From Octopus sinensis (taxonomy: Eukaryota), in the NCBI RefSeq assembly GCF_006345805.1, contig NC_042997.1:135594001-135658000 (forward strand): 64,000 nucleotides of DNA, given 5' to 3'. The first letter of the stretch is position 1, and each line of letters starts with the position of its first letter. Below, piece after piece: positions 55,131-64,000 of the stretch. The notes under the pieces were generated by a model. The model worked only from the letters and a program-made list of their open reading frames with translations, was not told where the DNA came from and did no database searches. The position numbers and the translations under genes are program-made.

Positions 55131-55711
55131 TATGTGTGTGTGTATAAATAAATTAAATGGAGAGATACTATTGAAAATCCAATCATTTATATTATAATAT
55201 TACATGATATTCTATGAATATAATATAACATAATATCATTTAACATAAACAATTATTAAAAATAACAAGAGAAGGCCAACAAATTTTTTCGACTTATATA
55301 CATTTTCTAATATACATACACAATAACAGTCCCCTTATAAATAAGTCACTTCAGAGTCACGGTTTAAACATAGACGAAATTCCGCGTGAAAAGGCTGCTG
55401 GATTGTAAAAATTAATTCAAAAGTCTATGTATTATTTATCATACATCAATTACAATTAAAAAGGAACAAAAACACTCTAACGGACGATATAACCAAGTGC
55501 AATCCATAAACATGAAAATTCACTTCATTACATCTCAAACACATACTAATTGAAACCCTTTCGTGTCCAACATAGTCCTTTGTCACCACAACATACAACA
55601 ATAAGATAGGTGTGCACATATATAGCGTCCAATAACACTATCTATACTTGTTCCACGTCCTCGCGTTGTTGCATTTTCTATTTGTTCATGTTCGGATTAA
55701 CTAGATATACG

Positions 55712-55810
<99 letters not shown>

Positions 55811-58281
55811 GTGTGTGTGCGTGTGTGTGTGTTTGTTTGTATATAATTATCTAAGTCTTCCCCTATGTATAACTTCAACAAAAAATATGTAAACAATTAC
55901 ATATTCAATACAACTCTTCTATTTAAATTAAATTATATGAAAAAAATTATTGTTTAAATTAACTATTAATAATCTTCTATATTTATTGTTTTCTCGAATG
56001 AATAATTCGTAGTAGATAGGAATAGAAACCTAATAAAAACGTTCTCTGTCTACTGAATTTATTGAGGGAGAATTTCGTAATAATCATTAAACAAGTTTAA
56101 ACAGTCATGTAGGGAGTGTATATGCCTTGTGACTTGCACTGATGGAGTCTCTGTTGTCTCACTGGTATGTATTGAGTCTGACCAACTGTATTTCCACTCG
56201 TGAAATAAACGTTTAAAAGTGTTTCTACAAACACTCGCACACTAATCCATCTCTCAGGCCATATCACCGTAACAAGACTAGTACTTTAAATTTCAGGTAT
56301 AAACCAAACGAAAATAGAGGGAGAGAAAAAGCGACGCCAGTATTCGGCGGGTATCTCATTTATTGATCATGGAAACAGAAGGAGGATTTGAAGTCAGAGC
56401 ACTAGAAAGAACACAACGACGCGTTCTACCAGAGAGTGTAAGGTTTCTTGCAAAATATATTATTGATTGTCCTCTGTTGTTAGACGACACTTTTTATAAT
56501 ATATCTAATGTTCAAGTTTTATTATAGCACCAATTACTGAATATATCGAAAAAGGCTTGTGTGGAGTGTGTTATATATGTTGATGAATTCATATAAGTAC
56601 TGTGTACGTGTAGTAAGTAATGAGTAGTGATTGTAAAGATTACACTTGTGTGTCGTGCAAAAGGTTTCCTATACAAACAGTATATCTGCCGCGGAATGTG
56701 TGATTTGTCCAACCGAGCTAATTTTGAAGTACAAAGGAAAGTGAGAGAAAAAATGTAAGACCTGATATTATTTTTATATTGATATTCATGTTATTCATTG
56801 TACATATGGATGGAAATTATATTTTGATAAGTCCTATCCTTTCCAATTCACAAACCTCCTGCTTTCTATTTTTTCACGACGTCAACTCTGGGGATGTTTG
56901 GTTCAGAATGTTTCATGGTGCTTACCAATGTAATTATCATGGTTATTTCACCCTAATTCTCGTGTTATTATTATATAATGTAGTATTAATTAGTATTTGC
57001 TATCACTAAAATCATCATTATCGTCGTCATCATCATCGTCACCACCACCATCACCACCACCACCACCATCATCCTCATTATCATCGCTCCATAATTTGGT
57101 GCTCTCGCGAAATAAACTATATCCTCATTGATTATATATTTGTATTTTACATTTAATACATTAATTAGATATACTGAAGTTCGGGATCAAAATATCTAAT
57201 ATTCTGTAATTAAAAACTTAATAAATGTGACGTCGTCTGCTGCTCAACCATGCCTGGTGAGATTCATTTGACTTTATTAAAACTTTATTGAAGTTGAGAG
57301 CAAAGGCAAAACAAATATTTCCTTAGATATTCCACAAATTGACTTAGAGAGTTGACATGTTTTCGCAGATAACTATGTTAGTTTCTCGTAGATGTGTGTA
57401 GGGGTGGAGGTATGTATACGTGTACGTGCGCGACCACTTGAGAGTGTGTATGTCTGTATAAGTGTGCTTGCTCGCATTTACTTCACTGTTTCATTAAATG
57501 CCAATGATCTGTTATATACATTTATTTTCTAATGAAATTAGAAATTAGAGATTATCTACAATTAATTTGGTTATGCAGTGCCGATAAATATCAATTGAAG
57601 TTAATTAATGACAATGTTTGTAATTTAGATCTTTAGTTAAACTGTAGATTACCTATAAATAATTTCTGTCTGTGAAAGTGTAAGGTACTGCCTGTGAGTT
57701 GATAAACAGTGGAAGGAGGGAACTATTGGATGATAACGATAATATCGATCCTTTTTAAAATCTATTTGCTTTAGGCTAGATGTCTATACTTGAAAAGTTT
57801 AACTGGAAATGTGTAATTGTGTAGCAGTTATCGCATTTACCGATAATATGAACCAATATATGGATCTAAACAAGAAGATTATGAGATGATTGAATGGGAC
57901 TGCTTCATGTTACCTCGTATTAGTTAAAATCTTCTCTTGCGTTTGACACTTTCTTCAGCAATCTACGCCGTAATTAGAGAGCGTTTTCTTGTGCAATTTG
58001 CAATACTCTCCGATGCACAGTTATTTATAATTTCATCGAATTAGGCTTTTTAAACTGAACTTTTTAAATATATTTCTTGCAGTTGCAAAGTAGCATTGCT
58101 ACCAGATACAAAGCATTTTTTGTTTGGCCGGAAGTTTACAAAATTATTGAATGCGCCCAAAAATATAGCCATATATTTGTAATCCAAATATCTCATCTTG
58201 TACAGTTCTATATTTAAGAGATGAAGAATAATTTACATTTTTTACATTTGACGGATATTTGTCCTGATCTTGTTTATTGTT

Positions 58282-58327
58282 AACACAACGTTTCCGCTGA
58301 TATACCCTTCAGCCTTCTTCAGGTGTC
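58282..58327 (-). ncRNA. Minimal type I hammerhead ribozyme, canonical C3-G8 core
   Basis: GACAC-CTGAAGA-agGCTG-aagggtatat-CAGCg-GAAA-CG-TT-GTGTT: 5-bp stem I, 4-bp stem II, loopless palindromic ACGT helix III. Confidence 0.75.
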
Positions 58328-58404
58328 TTAGGGAAATTTTCGAAAGTGTATTCTCATTCTTAAGGTATTTTTCGATGTTATTATTATTATTATTATTAGT
58401 GTTC

Positions 58405-58473
58405 AGGCCATTGGAATCGAACTCAGAATCTTGGGGGTAGTAGCCCGCGCTCTTAACCACTACGCCATATGCC
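58405..58473 (-). other. tRNA-like Pol III cassette (not a functional tRNA)
   Basis: GGCATA TGGCGTAGTGG ttaagagcgcggg ctactac cccc aagattctga GTTCGATTCC: clear A and B boxes; degenerate acceptor and anticodon stems. Confidence 0.75.
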
Positions 58474-60422
58474 CGTGAGCAATTATGGAGTGAATTTTAG
58501 GGCTTATAAATCTAATATTTTACTATCCTTCCTTAATACCGGTTCAAATATGCTACTTATATCTACACTCGGTCTGCATAGAAGGTTGCTGTATCCTAGC
58601 ATATGTGCTGTTTCTTTTAGTTTTCGTATTTTCCCGTGGTGTTCTCTGTCTATTATTTTAGCTTCATCCCACAGAGGGAGGTGTTCTCCATTTTTCCATA
58701 CATGATCAGCTATATTCAATTTTTCAATATCTCCTCGTGTCACAGCTTTGTGATGTTCGTCTACTCTTATTTTGAGAGGGCGGCATGTTTCGACTTTGTA
58801 TAACCTACCACAGCTGCATGAGATGGATTAGACGCATTCTTTGGTCATATTCTCTTCTATTGGTGGTTTTACTCGAAGGAGATGTTTGCGAAGTGTTGTA
58901 TTACTCTTGAATACTGTCCTGATGTCATATGGGCCGCATATCGTTTGTATCTTTTCGGAGAGACCTTTCACATAGGCTAGACCATCCATACAGTGTAAAG
59001 AGAGGGATTGCTCAGTGCCGAACACATCGTGCAAGGAATATAAGTAGCGATCGTGATACACACCACGAAGAAATGATCAAGCTCAATAATGACCTATTAA
59101 GTAACAACTACTCCAAAAGTATACTCGCCACTCCAATTATGAACAAAACAAAGGTCGAAGCCAATAAAATGTCCACAGTCTGTCTACCTTATGTGAAAGG
59201 CCTCTGGTAATCGTTTTCTCTGTTGTACATATTTTTCCTTTATCAATGCTTTCTCACAAAGATATAAATACAAAATTACTATGTAGCTTTATATTTACAA
59301 GTGACATTTTCTAAAGTAACCTTGCATAGGCTTTGAGAAAAAACCGTTAAAATTCTATTTCTCTCTAAAAGAGTATTTTTACTTCAATAGGCACTACCAA
59401 CATGAAATCAGAAGCTGGGCATTTAGATATCCCTACAAATGACTTTTAATTAAAACCTGTAGTCTGCAACTATCTATGTTTACTTTACAATAAGTAGTCT
59501 TAGAATTCCTATTGCATAGTTATAATCATAAGAAGGCAGAGATATTTTAATACATTGCCTTAATCAAGTCAGTATTAAATTTGAAGCAAGCATCTTCATT
59601 GGTTGCACCAATTAATTTAATATTTTCCATGTATTCCATTGCTATTTACTGCACTTCTGTTTCTCCTTACAGATTCACTTATGAGCAAACATGCCATCAT
59701 AGAAAATGATCCCAGATAACATGTACTCTGGAAGAAAGATACAACGCGTTCATTAAAATATCTATATAGGAAAATATTCCAAGAAGGAGTTAACAATATT
59801 CAATAGTGTAGAATATATTTGCTTACCAATTACTAGGGCGATGAAATAATTTTGTAGCAGAATATATATTTTCTGTTGGAAAAATGACGTCACAGCTGGA
59901 AAAATATTTTCCTGTGTTGCTTACAATATCACTTGCAGATAGCCTCCTTCTTGCTCATCTTCTCATTCTCATTACCTTCTAAGTAAAGGAAAATTTGTTT
60001 GCTCATTCGAGTAATATTTAATGGACAGAAAACCGTGTTTTAAATAATTGCTTTCCAATTTCATGGTTTCGATCCACTTGTTACACACAAAACGGCGAAC
60101 CAGTGAAGAAACTCAAGCATGAGGCCACTTACTCAAATATAGGATGTAATAGTTGACCCCTGTCTGACATTCAAGTCGCAAGGCTTCAATAAACCCATGC
60201 GCGCGCGATTGTGTATGTGCTTGTATATGTATAAAGCAAATAAGTAACAAGGATGTCCAGGTAGCAGTGCATTACGGCCGTTTCAAGAGGCTTCATTTAA
60301 TCAACCAATGCAATTCAAGTACCTAAATCAACTGTATCTTAATTATATATATATATATAGTTGTGTGTGTGTTTTCCCCCACCATCGCTTGACAACCGTG
60401 ATATATATATATATATATATAA

Positions 60423-60536
<114 letters not shown>

Positions 60537-60589
60537 GAAAATAGTAAAGAATGAAAAAACTACAGAAGGCTTAAATGTTAAAAAATATA

Positions 60590-61965
60590 TATATTTGCGT
60601 CAATATGTCTGAGGAATATTAGAAAACTTTAAAAAAAATTTTTTTCTCTTATAATGACATAATTTAAAAGAAAGACCGGTTTCGCGTGTAGCTTTTCAAA
60701 TTTCTTGCGACGTTATGTTTATGTTGAATAGAGTTTTCGTTATGTTTATCTTCAGGAGAGTTCTAAATAAGGGAAGGTAGTGAGTGATTTCTTCCGGTGT
60801 AAGGGAGATAATCGCTTAAAAATGTTTTCCTTTCCCTTGGTGTGAATTTCTCTGTATTAGTATGTTCGGATGGTTGAGTCTGGGCTTGTACTTTTCAATG
60901 AAGAATGTTTCCTTGTTTAGTCTAATTTGTGTTGATGATCCGAAAGCACATTGGTAAAATGGAAAGATTAAAAATTGTGGTAGTAGTTGCTTTGCGCATT
61001 TCTCAATGTGCTCACTAAAAGGTATCCTTCTATATTCTGGGAATGCAATCTGTTGTCGATGCAGTGTGCATCTACGTCTGAGTGATAGTCCCGTGGAACC
61101 CACGTAGTCTTGGTGGCAGCCCGAGAATTTTATGACATAAATTATGTTTTCAGAGGCACAAGTAAAGTTAGATTTGATCTTCAATTTCTGTCCCTCTTTA
61201 AAGAGGAATTCGGATCCTTCTAGCAGGTTAGGACATGTTGCACAGTTCGATCTACCACATTTTTTTACTTTTGCATCCGTAATTTTGCCTTTGTGAGAAT
61301 CTTTTTGAGTGATTTAGGCTGTTTGTAGCTTTTAATGATTTGGTGTATGTTTAGAATGTCCTTTAATTTGGGGTCTTTATGAAGTAATGGTAAATTCTGA
61401 GTGATGATGGTGAAGGCTTCTTTGTTTCTGAGGTTGTATGTAGATATGTAAGGTAGTATTTTCGGGGAAGGTGTGTTGTTGTGTTGAACTTTTCTTAAAG
61501 TTTCTATGTTGATTTCTGTTGCACGTCTGATCCCATCCTCTATGAGTTGAGCTGGGTAATGTCTGTCAATTAGGGTGTTTTTGAGTTCTTGCAGTCTAAA
61601 GTTCCTGGTATTTTGTTCTGACACTATTGTGCATATCCTTCTTGCAAGGTTGAAGGGGATGTTTGTTTTAGTGTGTCTTGGGTGGCATGAATTAAAAAGA
61701 AGGTATTGTTTGGCGTCTGTGGCTTTGTAAAAAATGTCTGTTTCTATTTTAAGGTTAATTTTTTTAATTAGTATATCCAAGAACGGGAGCTCCTTTTGGT
61801 TGTAGTCCATTGTGAACTGTATATTTGGGTTTATGCTGTTCAATAGGTTTTTAAATCTTAGGAGTTTATCTGTGTTTTCATTCTAGAGAATAAAACAATC
61901 GTCTAAGAATCGTTTCCAATTCTCTTTTATGTATTGAGAGAGGGGGTTTCCAAAGATTGATAAAG
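60590..61965 (-). mobile_element. 5'-truncated Neptune-like PLE
   Basis: WKRFLDDCFIL* then NIQFTMDYNQKELPFLDILIKK...HPRHTK...FTCASENIIYVI...YVGST, clearly related to the 13413 element; has a stop and a frameshift; 3' end near (TA)n. Confidence 0.92.
60668..60706 (-). ncRNA. Minimal hammerhead-like motif, U3-A8 variant
   Basis: aagaaa-t-TTGAAAA-GC-tacac-GC-GAAA-CCGG-TC-tttctt: 6-bp stem I with one extra nt, 2-bp stem II, palindromic ACCGGT, GUC site. Confidence 0.6.
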
Positions 61966-62127
61966 ATTCCTGGATACGCTGAGTAAGTGCTACAATTGGT
62001 TATTCGTTAGGTTCGAAGTTCGCAGCTGAAGCTGGAGGTATGGATCCGTGTTAGCAGGTATATTAGAGGAAAAGGACAAAAGACACGGCAAGGCGAGTGT
62101 CTCAATTCATTTATGATAATTTAATTA

Positions 62128-62173
62128 GGGTAAGGTGGATTTGAAGTCTTATAGCTTCAAATTCACCTTACCC
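62128..62173. other. 19-bp hairpin with an 8-nt loop
   Basis: gggtaaggtggatttgaag-tcttatag-cttcaaattcaccttaccc; one G-U pair on the plus strand. Confidence 0.9.
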
Positions 62174-62379
62174 AAGTGATAGGCGAGCATGTCCATACAT
62201 AAAGAATTAAAATTTAATAATTAAATGTTAAATTAAAAATTAAAGATTGCAAAATTAGAATTTCAGGAATTGAAGCTAGCTAAATTCTAGGGTACTTATG
62301 TTGATAGAGGTGAAAAGGAAAGGAGAAAAGAAGAAACGCACGTATATTGTAACGGCCGTAGATGTACTGATTTTGCTTG

Positions 62380-63180
62380 CATTTGGACCTATGGAAGAAT
62401 CTAAAGATGCGAAAGAACTCGTGCTTACATGTATAAAATGCTTCGTGCTGTTTATTGAATAATTGCGGTGAATCATGAATTAATATTTGGAGGGCTTCTA
62501 TCCGGCAGAGTCCACATGTGGAGCGCTGGCTTTGGTATGGGAGACCAAAATCTATTATGACCTAGGATATTCTATATAAAACTTTCCTATTTAACAGATG
62601 GTGTATGTGGATGACTAGGGGCGTGGATTTGCTATAGTCTTCATATTTAAATGAGTTTAGATGTGCAAAATATCTCTCTCTAAAATTAATAGTAGACCCA
62701 TGTAGCAGCTAGTAGAATTATACAATATTCTGTGGACAATGCATTTGTATACAACGTTAAACCTTCTGCAGTGAACTTGCAGCGGGCATTCGTTCTCGGC
62801 CCGGCAGTTGCAACTATCTGTCTTACGTGGCTTAGTTGTGGAGAGGGAAGATGCTGTACTATTTATGGACAAGTTAAAGTTTAGGGCAGTGTTAGGGGAT
62901 TGGCTCGTATTATCATCATTATTATTATTGTTGTTGTTGTTGTTAACAGTAGTAGTAATGCAGCGAACAGGCAGAATAATTAGCGCACTGGACGAAATGC
63001 TTAACGGTTTTTTCGCTCGTGGCTGCGTTCTGAGTTCAAATTCGCCAGAGGTCGACTCTGCCTTTCATCCTCTCGGGGTCGATAAATTATGTACTAGTGA
63101 AACACTGGGGTCGATATAATTGACTAGTCTTCTTCCCTAAACTTCCAGGCCTAGTGCCTATAGTAGAAAGGATTATTATC

Positions 63181-63246
<66 letters not shown>

Positions 63247-63660
63247 GGTGGTGGTGGTAGTACTGGTCGTATTAGAGTTATTAGCGTTAGTAGGAGTAGT
63301 GTTATTAGTATTAACACTCGTTTTAGCCGTACTCCAGCTTCCTCGGAAGTGGGGATGTTTGTATCCTGGTTTATGCTGGTTACAGTGTCAGGGTTACGGG
63401 TGTGGTATATGCCATAATGTTCGGTGTTAGTGTTTTCGCTGCATTTACCTGTGTTATGATTACATATATTTAGGTAGTAGGAATTAAGTTTACGCTTATT
63501 GTATGAGGTAATAATAGAGTCTATATTGGGCGGAGAGGAGCAAGACAATTTCAGAGTGGATCTGTTGGAGATTGAATGGTGCTTATGGTGGTGTATTTGA
63601 AAAAAGGTTTTTGCTAGGTCCTTAACGTTTAAAGCGACTGGGGGTGTAAACCAGAGAATC
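62380..63660 (-). mobile_element. Degenerate PLE of a third lineage (C-terminal part), split by a SINE and microsatellites
   Basis: LWFTPP...TLKLSCSSPPNIDSIITSYN, SCNCRAENECPLQVHC...VVYKC...YMG and CGLCRIEALQIL...LFNK...CKH. Confidence 0.75.
62985..63175 (+). mobile_element. tRNA-derived SINE inserted into the PLE
   Basis: gttctgagttcaaattcgccagaggtcgactctgcctttcatcctctcggggtcga, followed by an (AGT)n tail. Confidence 0.8.
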
Positions 63661-64000
63661 GAACTTCCCCCGCTTTAATTAGGCAACTTTCATTACTCTG
63701 CCTTGCGCCACCCACTCGCCCTCGTCCTCCTACTTACAGCATAGCAAAAATGCTATTCAATTCCTGATGATATATACTTTTCAAAACGTTTTTGTTTACA
63801 AGAGAAAACAAGTTATTCTACCAGCCATCTATAAGCTATAGCTAGTGGTTTGACTTTCTAAAAATGTCAGGCAAAGTTTTCCTCAGTTGCATTTGCTATT
63901 GTAAGTGATGGGATGCATTGGATTAGTATGTTCTGGAGACAATATGTCCTATAAGGCAAAATGATTGCCTACAATCCTTTCATCACAGGTCTGTTTTAGA

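Larger units (their letters stand above)
58200..59205 (-). mobile_element. 5'-truncated, 5'-inverted Penelope/Poseidon-type PLE
   Basis: Minus strand: YVKGLSEKI...CSCGRLY..ETCRPLKIRVDEH...IADHVW...REHHGKIRKLKE (GIY-YIG), then 3' UTR. Plus strand 58981-59205: HPYSVKRGIAQC...TVCLPYVKGL. Confidence 0.88.

Overview
AT-rich, microsatellite-saturated eukaryotic DNA. Abundant (TA)n, (CA)n, (GATA)n and (TAA)n tracts and a recurring tRNA-derived SINE make it look like coleoid cephalopod (octopus-type) intronic or intergenic sequence; the taxon is inferred from repeat content, not proven. No host protein-coding gene is recognisable, and most ORFs in the track are microsatellite read-through. The window holds a dense record of transposable elements. 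These include at least eight Penelope-like element (PLE) pieces from several lineages, three mariner copies, Helitron pieces, CR1, RTE and R4/Dong-type LINE fragments, many SINEs, a foldback MITE and a 1.45-kb tandem duplication with a templated junction. The most interesting signal is a set of minimal hammerhead-ribozyme motifs at known or presumed PLE 3' ends. Core positions 3 and 8 co-vary as C-G (58282-58327), U-A (4778-4821, 16451-16484, 60668-60706) and G-C (6147-6191), so standard CUGANGA searches would miss most of them. One PLE also carries a tRNA-like Pol III cassette directly upstream of its ribozyme and a twin-priming-type 5' inversion. All calls come from reading by eye; no database search or folding calculation was run.
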